Source: Sphyrna mokarran (taxonomy: Eukaryota). Taken from it: DNA of 64,000 bases. The stretch spans positions 5,642,001 through 5,706,000 of the forward strand of contig JAGIQG010000040.1 in the NCBI GenBank assembly GCA_024679065.1, read 5' to 3'. Positions 25,721-38,751 of this stretch are shown piece by piece. Each line of letters starts with the position of its first letter. Positions within the stretch are counted from its first letter, which is position 1. The notes beneath the pieces are model-generated. The model was given only the letters and a program-made list of their open reading frames with translations. It was not told the origin of the DNA and did no database searches. A program made the translations under genes and the position numbers.

Positions 25721-26049
25721 GGTCCCTCCGACTGGCTGGGTCAACTATCCAAGATCCAATTACCTTGTTCTGACTTGAATACAATGACAATGAGATAATT
25801 TCCTCTCCGATTCACCCTTCCAGCTGCCCATTATCCCGCTACTTCACTCTGATTGGATAGCAATCATCCAAACATCATCCTCTTAGTAAGTGGTTCTACA
25901 ATTCCCATAGTACCCTGCTGGGGGAGGCCTGAAGAATTGAGTTTTCAGAGACATCATGAGATAACCGAAGGGAGGTGAGATCACAAACCGCACCTACATA
26001 ATTAACTAGGTTAACAGTTAAGTGTTGCATTGTCAATTTGAAGTCAAAT

Positions 26050-26430
26050 GGGACAGGAGATCGAAGGAGAAACAGGAAAATCATTAGGCTCCAGAATCAA
26101 TCTCAGCGAGAGAGAGGGAGGGCGAGATATCTCGCAAAAAAAAAGGATCAGACACCCCCGAGAGAGAGAGAGAGAGAAATAAGGGGAGAGAGTGAGGTAG
26201 AGCGAGAGGAACAGAACGAGAAAGGGGGGAGAGAGGACAGGGAAGGCTGCAGAGGGCAGAAAGGTGTAGAGAAGGGCAGAGGCATAAAAAAAAGAAAACA
26301 GGGGCATAAAGGGAGAAGCAGAAGCAATAGTGTGGCAAGTAGACATAGGGAAGAGAAAGAGAGACAGAGAGGTGGGGGAGGGGGAGCGGGTGAACGTTAG
26401 TGAGAGAGAGAAATGGAGAGAAGGCCACGA
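26050..26430 (+). repeat. Purine-rich (GA) low-complexity tract; expanded paralog at about 35190-35780
   Basis: Strong polypurine/polypyrimidine asymmetry with GA repeats. Confidence 0.8.
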
Positions 26431-26606
26431 TAATAAAGAATAATGCTAGAGTTATATGCAATAATATTTCAACTTTACAAATAAAATACGTTTACTATTT
26501 TAAAAATGGAAGGAGACAACAATCGCTGAGAATGCAGAGCCAAATACTCCCAGGAATGGCTTCAGGGTGCCCCTCTGAACATCAAACACCTCCCTGTGCT
26601 TACTGA

Positions 26607-27404
26607 TGTAGCCAAACAGGCCATCTGAAATGGCGTTTTGTAAAGCACTCTGGGACAATTGGGCAAGAAACCAAACTGACAGGCTGCAGTTTAAAGACAG
26701 AGACAAACAGGCTGCAACCCTGACGAGTGAGTAAACAGGATATGGGTCATCTCCAGGATGAAAGAGACTTTCTGGTCGCACTGAGTTGTGTACCAGACAT
26801 AAGGACACCGTGATTCCTTATTTAGGAGAGAGGTATGTCACCTATGTGCCTCCAGCGCCTAAAGGCATGGCCGTTAGGGACACACGCAGAGATCGGTGTG
26901 TTAGTAGCTGATTGGAGTCTTATCCATCAGGGAGATCAAATCCTGATCAATTGATTGGCAATGGCCAAAAAAGTGCGTGAAAGCAAACGGGGTATAAAGG
27001 GTACTGCACAACCAGGAATCTCTCTCTCTCTGTCTGACCCCACGAATGAGCTACAATAATGATGAACAAAGCCAGCAAAAGGAGAGCCTCCATACCCGAC
27101 AAAGAAGGAAGAAGACCAGAGCCAGAATAGACCAAAGGACCAGACTACGCAGATGACTACCAAAGACCAGCGCACAGATAAATGCCAATATCTGCTTGAG
27201 TACTTGCCAGTCACACAAAGTTAAGTCAAGGTCTTTGTATTGGACTTGAATTCTAGTATTTTCTGTAAGGTAACTTATTGTTGGTCGGGTGGGTGATTAT
27301 TGATTTTGTGGGTTTAAATAAAAATTGGTCGCACTAACAAAATGTCTACTCATAGTTATTTGCCCACCGTATAAAGGTTAAAACACCCAGTGCGGGAGGC
27401 AACA
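26607..27404 (+). mobile_element. Solo LTR (about 798 bp) with 4-bp TSD CTGA
   Basis: TGTAGCC...GGCAACA termini; CTGA at 26603-26606 and 27405-27408; TATA-like ggtataaa near 26992 and AATAAA near 27317. The paralogous site at about 35941-35960 is empty. Confidence 0.85.
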
Positions 27405-27769
27405 CTGAAAAAGTAATTGATCACACTTTCCATGTTATCATGGAGCAGGTGCAGGTGGGGGTAAAATCTTTGAAAGACTCAAAATGGAGGAGAATTCTCC
27501 ATAATCCCTGGCGGTTAGAAGTGTCAAAGGAATTTCTGGGGTTAAGGAAGGCCATATACAAAGTTTGCTGCCATCACCTGCATTTAACTGGTGTTAACAA
27601 ATTGTCCCTAAATTAGTCGTTCCTCAATCTGGTTATGGTTCCTTTATTGTGGAGTCCAATGAGCGTAGACAAAGGTCATAGGTAGAAGAGGGCACTCACA
27701 ATGATAAAATGGGTGGTGCGGGCTTGTTGGGCTGAAGGGCCTGTTTCCTGTGCAGCGTTGTTCCCTGGC

Positions 27770-28330
27770 GACATCAATGATAATGAAGTGGAGATTATCG
27801 AGGGCTTCAATTTTCCATATATTCTGATCAGCAACAATGAGTCCTGGTTCCTCCATGCTGACGCGATAATTTGGAAAGCTTACCAGTGTCTCCACTTTCT
27901 CGGGGAGCTGAAAAATTCAAGTTGTCCACTGCAACCCTCACCAGTTTTTTTTACATGCGCCATAGAAACCAATCTTATTGAATTTATCTCAGCTTGGTCT
28001 ATCTCCTGCTCTGACCACGATTGGACGAGGTTGTGAACGTGACCGAGTCCATTACACAAACCAGCCTCTCATACATTGGTTCCGTCTACACTTCCCACTG
28101 CCTCAGAAAAGCACCCAGCATAATCAAGTTCCCCATGTATCCCAGACATCCCCTGTTCCACATTCTTCCATCTGGGGAAAAAATGCAAAAGTCTGAAAAC
28201 ACGTACCAAAAGAATCAAGAGCAGCTTCTTCCCTGTTTGCATCAGACTTTTGAATGGCCCTATCTCATATTAAACTTTTCACCAAGCTATGACTGTGACA
28301 GTATATTCTGCGCTCTCTCCTTTTCATTTC
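27770..28330 (+). mobile_element. Degraded Rex1/Babar-like LINE 3' fragment
   Basis: Translations (CAIETNLIEFISAW; VYTSHCLRKAPSIIK..HPLFHILPSG) match the Rex1-type ORF C-terminus and are similar to 53190-53800. Confidence 0.65.
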
Positions 28331-28399
28331 CTTCTCTTTCATCACAAACGGTATGTTTGACTGTATAGCACAAAAGGCACTGCTTTAACATTGGAAGCA

Positions 28400-28730
28400 C
28401 GGCACTACTTGTGGGCTACGTTTACCCAAATGTTCATGAGGGATTAATTTAGCCAGCAAAGGGAGTTTCTCAGGTGGCAGGCTTCTTTGTTTTATTTTAT
28501 GCCAAAGCCAACCCTATAGAGTCAGCGATCTCCATCTCGTTTATCTTTCCAGGGGAAAGTGTAACCGTCAGCTTTTTTCCTGAAGTTGGCCCTGCCCACC
28601 GGGCCTCACTTAGGGCACTGACGTCAATATTGAAATGCCTGAGCTCTCAGCCACTGATAGCATTACACCATTAGAGTCTGCCCCTGTTGACGTTCTCCAC
28701 GAAGGCTCTGACATTCCAGATCCAAAATTG
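28400..28730 (-). mobile_element. Degraded RTE-clade LINE endonuclease N-terminal fragment
   Basis: Frameshifted minus-strand translation gives WNVRAF..ELRHFNIDVSALSEARW..YTFPW..RVGFGIK. Confidence 0.6.
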
Positions 28731-29815
28731 CGTTTGCTTTTTGCAAAAAAAACTTTATTTGTCAAATACCTGGTCGAGCATTACAAGCATCTCGAAGTGG
28801 CCACAAAGTACAGGTATGTACAGTTTCTCTACATACATCGTGTTGCATTCTATGGTGATTCAATACAGTCAAAAAAAAACATCGCAGACATTGCAAAATG
28901 GTCGTTATCAGTGGTAAAAAGATCCTTCTGTTCTTTACATTCGGCTCTAGATGATGGTGACGGCCTCTGAGTCCACTTTTCACCCCTTCCGCAAGGTGGC
29001 TGTTTCTGTCTCTTCTATTTTTAGTTGTTTCTCGTGCCGAGATTTCTTCATTTGTAAAATACATTGAAAAACATGCTGAACAAAATGGCCATCACACAAA
29101 GTACACAAATGGTCTGCACAGACCGAGTTGCATTCTGAGATGCTTCAATCCAAATGTGATACATGTAATATGAGCCGTGTGCATTCGCTGTGGATCATAA
29201 TGCCCGAGTTGATCTATAACATTCCTTATCTTTCTATTCACAATGGCTGAAAGGTCTTCCACAGCAACCTTCCCATTTTGTGCATATGTGATGATTTTCC
29301 CTTGCTTTACTGCATCCCTCAGCAAGTAATCCTGGCTTCTGGAATTTGTCAGTCTGCAACATGCGGTCGGGGGCAACATTTGACACTGAAAAACCACTTC
29401 AATTCATATTGATTGATCTATTGTTTTATGGTTTATCCATTCCTCCTTTCTTTGAAACTGTCCTGTGCCCTGGCACCACTCCCATTTCCAAGGAGTTTTG
29501 AAAGATTATAATCAGCATATCTACTAATTCCACCTTCCCTGTCCTCAGTCAACCTCATACATCCCACAGATACGAGTAAATGTTTGACTTGATTTGGATA
29601 CAAAATGTTTTGGATTGAAACGAGTTAAATGAACTTGTTTGTTCAGTGAGTGTAATAACTGTTAGCCTCCATGGATCCCAACTGTGTCACTGGAGGGTTT
29701 CTCACTGCTATTAATAAGGGATTCTTTTCAATGCAGCACTTACTCAGGAACTCATAGCTTGGGTGAGCGGGAGAAAAGACACTAGCATCTGAGAATAGAT
29801 TATAATGTTAGAACA

Positions 29816-32800
29816 ATGGCGCAGACTCTAAGCTTATGCAATTTGAATATTACAACTGTGGATCAGAATCTGAGAGCAATAGACTGGAATTTTCTAACAG
29901 ATGATGGAGATTATTTCTTGAACATCGTTGAGTCCATTGACGTTCAGAGTCCATGGGATTACCAGATCGACGATATATTGAAAAGCATTCAAGAGGGATA
30001 TTATCCTGTCCTTGCTATTGTTGGCGTCCCTGGTAAGTTCTTCCATCCAGCTATTTATTCCATAAACTGTGATGAACTGAATTATTTTTCTGGTTATTTA
30101 CGCCCTTGAATAAAATGAATTCGATTTCTTCAGCTCCAATCGCTCATTCCCTTCCGAATCCCGTGACTCCACGCCGCTCTCTGGTTGCCAGCACAGGCCA
30201 CTCATAACCTAACATTTCCGTTTGACCTTGGCTGGATTTCCAATGTCACATTCTCTCCATCCCAAGTCCTGTCTGCAACCATCTTGATAATATCAAACAT
30301 GCCCACTTCTGCCTCAGTGCAGCACATCCATTGAATAATTCCTCATCTCCGTGCGAATATTCTCATTCTTGGTTTCACTGCTGCAACTAGTCCCCAGTCC
30401 ATTCATCAGATTCCTGCAAATCCTCTCCCTTCAGGATTTGTCCAATTCCCTGTTTGCAATGAATTCCGCTCTCCCACCTGTCTGTGATATTCACATCCAC
30501 ATGGTCAAATTTGCCAGCTTAAAGAAGCTCAGAAGTAATAGAATGATGTGGGAAGTGCTTACATTTACTTCCCGCTCTCTCTGGTGTGGTATACATGTTG
30601 GAGGGGATGTTTTAACAGCTCTGACACATGTCTTTGTAACTTTGTCTGTGCCAGTCCACTGAACGCCTGTGTTCATCACTGTCAGTCGGAATGTATTAAG
30701 CAACACGAGGGATCTCCCCTCTAATGTTCTTCTTTGAATGTATTTTCATTGAATTTTGGCATTTTTATAAATAATACCTCAAGCCTGATCCAGTACACCT
30801 CCAAGTTTTTCCCATATATAAACATGGAAAAGGACAGGAGGAAGACAATGCAATTCATTCAGTATGTTCCGTTTGTGCAGCTCCTCCACATATACAAGAA
30901 AAACAAGAACAGACAAGTAATAGCACAGGTAAAAGAGGATAAACTCAGCAGCAACCATGTGTACCATCTACAAGATGCATTGCAGCAATTCACGAAAGAT
31001 CCTTTCACAGCACCTTCCAAATCCACGACTACTCTCACCTAGAAGCACAAGGTCAGACTGATTTGAAACGTTAACTCAGTTTCACAGTGCATTGATGCTG
31101 CAACAGCTTCTGGGCTTCTCTGAAATGTTTTGTTTTCATTCTAAATTTTCAGCATCCGCACTGCTATTTTTTAGTTTCGAGCTGGCCAGTGAGTGGGAGA
31201 ATGGTAGTGCGGGTTACTTCACATGGGCTGATATCAGCACTGACAGATCGACACATGTGCACTGCCCTACTCAGTGTTATGCTGACGGCCCTTCCGATGA
31301 GAAGACTGATTTCAGCGTGAAGGGCTCTGTGTAGTGCACAGACTGTGGGTGATTCATTTTGAAACTCCCACTGAAAATACCAACAGGATTTGCTCCGTTT
31401 TTTCAGTGAACTTGACACTTGGAATTTTTTTGAACAATAGCCCCCACGATCTTTTTTGTTCTGCATTTCTAATAACTTAAATGATGTTAATTTTTGGTAA
31501 CCATCTTTTCTTATGTGTGTGTATGTGGGGTTCAGGAATAAGTCACTGTTCCATTTTCCATGTGGTGTAGTAAGTAAGTGTTTATCTTATGAAAGTCTCT
31601 GAGCTGTCATCCAGCCATACAGTTGGGAGCTTCTACTTTATATGTTGCACTTCTCGCATTGAAACAAAGGCACTTGAGTCCAGCAGACTCTCTTTCACAC
31701 TCTGCCTGCGTTTTCCCACAGTCTTAGCGGCCTACTGTCTGGTTCCCGTTCAGTCAATTCACTTTGCTTTAGTTTCCACTCCCCTCAAACTAGTTTAAAT
31801 CTTCCCTTGTGACACGAGTGAACCTCCCAGCCAGAATTTTTATACCCTTTCAGTTTAGATGTAGCCCACACTTCTTGTAGAGTTCTCACCTGCCCAGAAG
31901 AGATCCCAAAGGTCCAGATGTCTGCAACCTGACATCCGACACCAGCTGTTCAGCCACTTGTTGAGCTGTGCTATCTTCCTATTTCCCATCCCACTGGCAT
32001 GTAGCACAGAGAATAATCCTGAGATTATAACCTGACAGGTACTGCTTTTTAACTTTCTACCAAACTCCCTAAACTGCTGCTGCAGGACCTCATCACTCTT
32101 CCTACCTGTCTCATCAGTACGAATATGCACCTCAGAAACTGGCTGTTCACCCTCTCTCTTTAGAATGCTTTCTGTCCATTCAGAGACACGCTAGACCCTG
32201 GCACCGGAGAGGCAACATACCATGCAGATGTATCTTTCATGTGCAAGTCAAAATAATTTAAAATCGTTTTAAGTCATTTGGAAAATGCATAAATTGTCAA
32301 CATCTCTCCTCTGACCCGAACAGGCCCCTCACCCGTGGCTCTCCCAGTAACCCCGACGCCCAATCACTCCTCAGTTCTACATCATCCCTGCATCCCACCA
32401 CAATCACCAGGATCCCCTGTCACCCTAGACGCTCTCCATCACCTCTGGCTCCTTGTGTCATTCCTACCTCACATTTTGCCGCACACCCTGATTTTGATAC
32501 GATTCCTCAATTGTATCACAGACGTTGCTATTGTTCTGCCAGATCTGGTTATTTTAATACCTTACAATATGCAATAGCACGTCTCAATAATCCTCAATCA
32601 AAGTAATCATTTGCCAAACGCATGATGTGTGATTTCATTGTTTATTTCCTTTCCTCACAGTGAACATAGTCACCATTGTGATCCTCATTCGCAAAAACTG
32701 TGGTCTCTCTCGATGTGTCACTCGTTATCTGCTGGCCATGTCATTGGCAGATTTATTGGTTGTTATCCTTGACCTGATACTGAAACAGATTCCAATTGTT

Positions 32801-33557
32801 TTTGATGAACAGTTTCAGTTCCTGAAATTCATCCCTGTGTGTAATATCCACGCTGTCCTGCTTTATGCAGTCACTGACTCTTCTGTCTGGTTCACCGTCA
32901 CTTTCACCTTTGATCGATTTGTAGCCATTTGTTGCCAGAAGCTGAAAAATAAATATTGCAGTGAGAAAGTGGCATCTGTGGTTCTGGCAACAGTGACTGC
33001 ACTGAGCTGTTTAAAGAATATTTTCTGGTATTTTATGGTAACAAATCAGTATATATTGATGAACGACCCTTGGTTTTGTGATTACTCATTTGATGTCATG
33101 CTTTCTCCAATCTGGGGAACAATTGTGTTTCTTCATTACATTCTAACCCCATGTATCCCATTTATTCTGATTGTACTGCTCAATGTTCTCACCGTCAGAC
33201 ACATTTTAGTGATGAGCCGGGCCCGCAGGCGACTCCGGGCTCATTGCAATGGGGAGTGTCAGAGACCCAGAAATGGAAAGTCGGAGGAACTCCATCATTT
33301 TACTGTTTGTTATTTCAGCCAATTTCATCCTGTTATGGTCAATGATAATGATTGATACTATATCTTTTCAGATGTTCTGGTTGGGGTATCCATCTCCATA
33401 CAATGTTATCTTTGTTGGGCAATTGGGCCTCATGTTGCAGCACCTGAGTTGCTGCACAAACACTTTTATTTATGCCGTCACACAGACTAAGTTCAGGCAG
33501 CAGTTGAAGAATATGATGAAATATCTCTTTACTCAATGTCATTTAGGAAAGCATTGA
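29816..33557 (+). pseudogene. GPCR copy B (exon 1 29816-30032, exon 2 32661-33557) with a 2-nt deletion frameshift in ICL3
   Basis: Splice sites are intact. Copy A ggtgagagtgtc corresponds to copy B ggggagtgtc at about 33251-33260. ORFs 32660-33355 and 33249-33557 carry TM1-5 and TM6-7 in different frames. Confidence 0.8.
31640..32230 (-). mobile_element. CR1 ORF1 fragment in the GPCR B intron
   Basis: ORF 31855-32130 (QFREFGRKLKS..IISGL..LNKWLNSWC). Confidence 0.75.
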
Positions 33558-36054
33558 ATCACTGAGAGTTTCCACATTTTTGTTTTCATTTTCTTTTACA
33601 TTCCCTGAAAAGGGAGGGCACAAACATGATAGGATCTCCATCGATCCATACAGCTGCATGTTGCAGAAAAGGTTCCTATGTCCATCAAGTCTGCACCCAC
33701 AATAACTACCACTCAAGTCGCATTATTTACATGGTCTAGCACTTGTTTCATATCCTTCAATGTTATAATATTTCCAGTTGTCATCCACATACTTTTTATA
33801 GTCTGCAAGGTTTCCCACCTCCATTACCTTCACAGGCAGTACATTCCAGATACTCATTATCCACTGAGTATTTTTTTGCAAATCTCCTCTGAATCTGAAA
33901 ACTATGTTCCCTTGTGAATGAACTTCAATCAAGGGGAATAGTTGCTTCCACTTCAGCATGTCCTATCACTCATAATCTTATGTACCTCGAGCATGCCCCT
34001 TTGGCCACCTCTGTTCTGGAACAAAATAACAGCCTAATTCTGTCCAGTCTTTCTTTATTCCTCAAATGCTTCAATCTAGGCAAACTCTTGGTGATTTTCC
34101 TCTGTCCTAGTGGAATCATACCCTTCCTATACTGAGGTGACCAGGACTATATGCAATATGCCTGCTGTATCCTAACCAGTGTTCTGTATACGTCCAATGT
34201 TACCTGTTGATCTTCTACTCTATGCCACAATTCTAAAAGCAAGTGTCCATATGAGATCATAAATATTGTATTCATCTGAAATGCTGCTTTTGAAGTAACT
34301 ATGAATAATTACCCCCAAAACCCTCTGTTCTCCTGAACCTCCTCATCTACTATATCCATTAAATTCTCCCCTGTCTTGTCAATTCTCCCAAAGTGCGTGA
34401 GCTCGCACTTATCAGGGTTAAATAACATCTGCCACTGTCTGCCATCTGGCCAACCCATCTATATTGTCCTGACAACTACAACTTTTTTTTCTTTACTTTT
34501 AACCACCCTATCAAACTTGCTTATCAATCCTCTACATTATCATCCTATCATTTGCATAGATAACTGACAACAAGTGTCACTTCACTGATCTTTGTGGTAT
34601 GCCATTAGAATGACTTCCAGCCATTCAAGCAAACTTCTATGATGATATTCTGTTTACAATTACAAAGCCGTGTTTTGGGTCAGCACTGCAATGTTTCCCT
34701 GAATTCCATGTGCACCAACATTGTCAATCAGTTCTCCCATGTGGGTCCTTGACAAAAGCTTTGCTAAAATCCATATAAATTACATCAATTGGACCCTCCT
34801 ATTGGCTAGGTCAGCTGTCCAATATCCAACTACCTTGCTCTGACTTAACAGCATAATAATGACTATGATATATCACCTTACCGATTCACCCTTTCACCTG
34901 CCCATTCCCCTGCTGCTTTATTCTGATTGGACAGCAATCATTCAAATACGGAAAGTAGTTCTTCAATTCCTACAGTGCACCGGTGGAAAAGGCTTGAAAA
35001 ATTGAGGTCAATTTTTGACCTCATTCAAGACATTCAAGACATGAGGTAACCGAAAGGAAGTGAGATCACAGACGCCACGTACGTAAACCCCTGGCGTTAA
35101 GAGTTATATGTCGCGTTGTCAATATGGACTCAAAATGGTATGGGAGATTGGAGGGGAGCAGAAGTGTTATTAACCTCAGAGTCAGCCTCAGCGAGAGGGG
35201 AAGAGGGAGAGATATCTAGCATAGAAATAAAACATTGGGATCAGACACTCAGAGAGAGAAAAAGAAGGGAGAGAGTGAGGCAGAGCGAGAAGGCCAGTGC
35301 GAGAAAGGTGTAAGGACAGAAAGGGTTGCAGGGAGCGAGAAAGGGGGCAGAGAAGGAGGCAAATAGAGAGAGGGTGCAGTGAGAGAAAGAGGGCGCAGAG
35401 AGTGAGGAGACAGAGAGAGGGGGGCAGAAGGAGAGTGAGCAGAGAGAGACAGGTGCACTGACAGCGTGGGGCAGTGAGAAGGGTAGAGGGAGAAGATGGG
35501 GCAGTGAAAGCAATGGAGCAGACAGCATGGAGCTGTGTGTAGATACAGCATGTAGAGTGAGAGTGGCAGAGAGAGAAAGGTTGAGAGAGATAGTGGCACA
35601 TGGAAAGAGAGGACAGAGAGGCCAGGGACATAAGGAAAGAAGCGGCAGAGATAGTGGGAAAAAATAGATGCAGTGAAGAGAAAGAGAGACAGAATGGTGG
35701 GGGCGGGGGGAGGGGGGGAGAGGGGGTATCGAACTTTAGTGAAAGAGAGAAGTGGAGACAAAGCCACGAAAATGGAGAATAATGCTGGTATTATATGCAG
35801 CAACATTTCAACTTCACAAATGAACTAAGTTTAATATTTTTAAACCGGACAGAGGGAACCCAAATAGCTGAGAATGTACAGTCAAACACTGATAGGAATG
35901 GCTGCAGGGTGTCTGTCTGAACATTGAACACCTCCTCTGCTTACTAAAAAAAGTAATTGTAAAACTATACAAAGACTGAATCCCATCCCTGGTATTGACA
36001 AAAGGACATAACGACTGTCTTATGTCAGATACGTTGGATGTTAATTTCATCGCG

Positions 36055-37500
36055 AATATAGAACATAGAATATAGAACATACAGCACACATAGGCCCTTC
36101 AGTTCACCATTTGCGCTGATCATATCGCTACCTGTAGGCTTACCTATAACCCTCAATCCTATTAAGTCCATGTACTCATCCAGAAGTCTCTTAAAAGACG
36201 CTATCGAATGGCAGCCGATTCCACTCACCCACCACCTTCTAAGTGAAAAACTTACCCCTGACATCTCCTTTGTAACTATTTCCCAGTACCTTAAACCTGG
36301 GTCCTCTCATAGCAACCATTTCACCCCTGGGAAAAAGCCTCTGAGAATCTACTCGATCAATACCTCTCAATATCTTATACACCTCTATCAGGTCACCTCT
36401 CATCCTTCGTCTCTCCAGGGAGAAAAGACGAGCTCCCTCAATCTATCCTCATAAGGCATGCCACCCAATCCAGGCCAAAATCTTGCAAATCTCCTCTGTA
36501 CCCTTTCAACAGTTTCCATGTCCTTCCTGTAATGAGGCAACTAAAAGTGAGCACAGTATTCCAAGTGGGGTCTGACCAGGGTCTTATAAAGCTGCAGCAT
36601 TATCTCCCGACTCCTAAAGTCAATCCTTCGATTGATGAAGGCCAGTACACTATACGCCTTCTTAACCATATCCTCTACCTGCGAGACCGATTTAAGAGTC
36701 CTATGAAGCCGGACCCCAAGATCCTTCTGATCCTCTACACTGCTAAGAGTCTTATCCTTGATATTATACTCCTTCATCCCATTTGACCTGCCAAAATGAA
36801 CCACTACAAATTTATCTGGGTTGAAGTCCATCTGCCACTTCTCCGCCCAGTCTCCCATCCTATTTATGTCACGCTGCAACTTCTGACATTCCTCCAAACT
36901 ATCCGCAATACCACCAACCTTCGTGTTGTCGGCAAACTTATCAATCCATCCTTCCACTTCCTCATCCAGGTCATTTATAAAAATCACAAACAGCAAGAAT
37001 CCCAAAACAGATTCCTGGGGCACTCCACTGGTGACTGACCTCCATGCAAAAAAGACCCATCTACAACCACTCTCTACCTTCTGCGGGCAAGCCAGTTCTG
37101 GATCCACAAAGCAAAGTCCCCTTGGATCCCATGCCCCTTCACTTTCTCAATAAGTCTTGCATGGGGGACCTTATCGAACGTCTTGCCAAAGTCCATATAA
37201 ACCACATGCACCGCTCTTCCTTTGTCAATGTGTTTATTCAAATTTTCAAAAAACTCAACCAGGCTTGTAAGGCACGAACTGCCTTTGACAAAACCGTGCT
37301 GACTGCTCTTCGTCATATTATACTTCTCTAAATGTTCATAAATCCTGTCTGTCGGGATCTTTTCCATCAACTTACCAATCACTGAGGTTAGACTCACCGG
37401 TCGATAATTTCCTGGGCTATCTCTATTCCCTTTTTTGAATATGGGAACCACATCCGCAATCCTCCAATCCTCTGGAACCTCTCCCATCTCCATTGATGAC
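36055..37500 (-). mobile_element. 5'-truncated CR1 LINE (RT region plus 3' tail)
   Basis: ORFs 37074-37493 (GEVPEDWRIADVVPIFKKG..YMDFGKTFD) and 36541-37107 (GVPQES..KFADNTK); (agaacat)n tail at 36060-36080. Confidence 0.92.
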
Positions 37501-37769
37501 GCAATTTCTTCCCTTTCTGAACCGTCAGAGCTGGAAGGAGAATCAGTGAAAAATGTTCTGTAGAGTTTGACTGAGTATAGAATTGTGAAGGGAAGAGTAA
37601 ATGTAATACAGTGTAAGATGCATTACTTAGCTAATATTCAACAATAAACGTGAATTATTGTTCGTTTCCTCACTCCGAGTTTAATAGTGTGTTTCCGCTC
37701 GCATTGCAGCCGGTAATCTTTCGTTAGGTAAATGAGGTAATCACTATATTACAGAAACGATGCCTTCCC

Positions 37770-38030
37770 TCCACCCTGGAAGCCTTGGATGATCATATAT
37801 TTGAGGTCGTCTTTGCAGGCGTTGAAGACCTTTCTCAAAGTTCAACCCACGGAGAGCGACAAGGCCGGATGGGGTACCCAGACGAGCACTCAGATCATGC
37901 GCAGATCAGTTGGCAGGGGTATTCGCAGACAAGTTCAAACTCTCTTTACAACAATCTAAAGTCCCTATCTGCTTCAAGAAGACAACTATCATTTCAGTAC
38001 CAAAGAAAAAAACCAAGCAGTGTGTCTTAA
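37770..38030 (+). mobile_element. Rex1-like LINE RT fragment
   Basis: QLAGVFADKFKLSLQQSKVPICFKKTTIISVPKK. Confidence 0.7.
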
Positions 38031-38505
38031 TGATGATCATTAAAAAACACGAGGTTTTTTTTGCCTCAAAGAAGTCTTGCTCTGCACACAACTGCTCTTG
38101 GGTAGGAGAGTTATTGGAATGGTATTTTTGATCACGAACTTCTCCAAATAATGGTCAGCTCACACAGGGTGGAACTAATGGCAATTCCGCCTCACTCTGG
38201 GTCACTGGGGAAGAAGACGCCACAAATGTCCCGAAAATAAAACATTAAAAAAATAATTTTACCGATCTTGCCCAGTAAAGTATTTATGGCAGTTTCCAAG
38301 TTTCCTTTGGTGGCGGTAATGTTGGAACGGCATTATTCCAGTGAAGTTGATATTAAGAAACTCCAGCTGTGAGTTACAGTGTGAGTGTCACTGTCTTGTA
38401 ACTAAAATAATGCAATGTCACCATCTGCTTGTGGCTTTCATTTACTGCAAGCGCTAGCCGTTGTGTGTCACAGAGAAATTCAGTCAGTCGCTGCCTGGAC
38501 CTGCC

Positions 38506-38751
38506 AGTAGTAGTCATGATATAGAGATGCCGGCGTTGACTGGGGTAAACTCAGTAAGAGTCTGGCAACATCAATTTTAAATCCAACTGATTTATTTGAT
38601 AGTAAATCTGCTAGCTTTCAGCTTTTGTGCCTTCGTGCTTTTGGAGATCAGAACACCTCATTCGCCTGACGAAGGCATAAACGCCGAAAGCTAGCAGATT
38701 TGCTATCAAATAAATCGGTTGAATTTAAAATTGGTGTTGCCAGACTCTTAC
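38506..38751. mobile_element. Penelope pLTR inverted pair (hairpin, about 83-bp arms) flanked by GGACCTGCC direct repeats
   Basis: Arms 38554-38636 and 38669-38751 are reverse complements and match the pLTR at 6200-6325. Direct repeats at 38497-38505 and 38752-38760. Confidence 0.85.

Larger units (their letters stand above)
29400..35960 (+). repeat. Direct, more diverged duplicate of the GPCR A unit (promoter, exons, intron, 3' flank)
   Basis: Colinear similarity to about 13520-26606, lacking the 5.4-kb CR1 nest and the solo LTR. Confidence 0.85.

Noticed and set aside
26038-26461. Arg/Glu-rich and Ser/Leu-rich ORFs (also 35188-35806)
   Set aside because: Artefacts of GA low-complexity sequence.
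28635-29397. Protein-looking ORFs (28635-28970 plus, 29092-29397 minus) as a captured gene
   Set aside because: No recognisable domain or splice structure; they adjoin and overlap an RTE LINE 5' fragment.
38150-38400. Very degraded V-like stretch (..DIKKLQL..CHC)
   Set aside because: Too decayed; no WY motif or RSS could be supported by eye.
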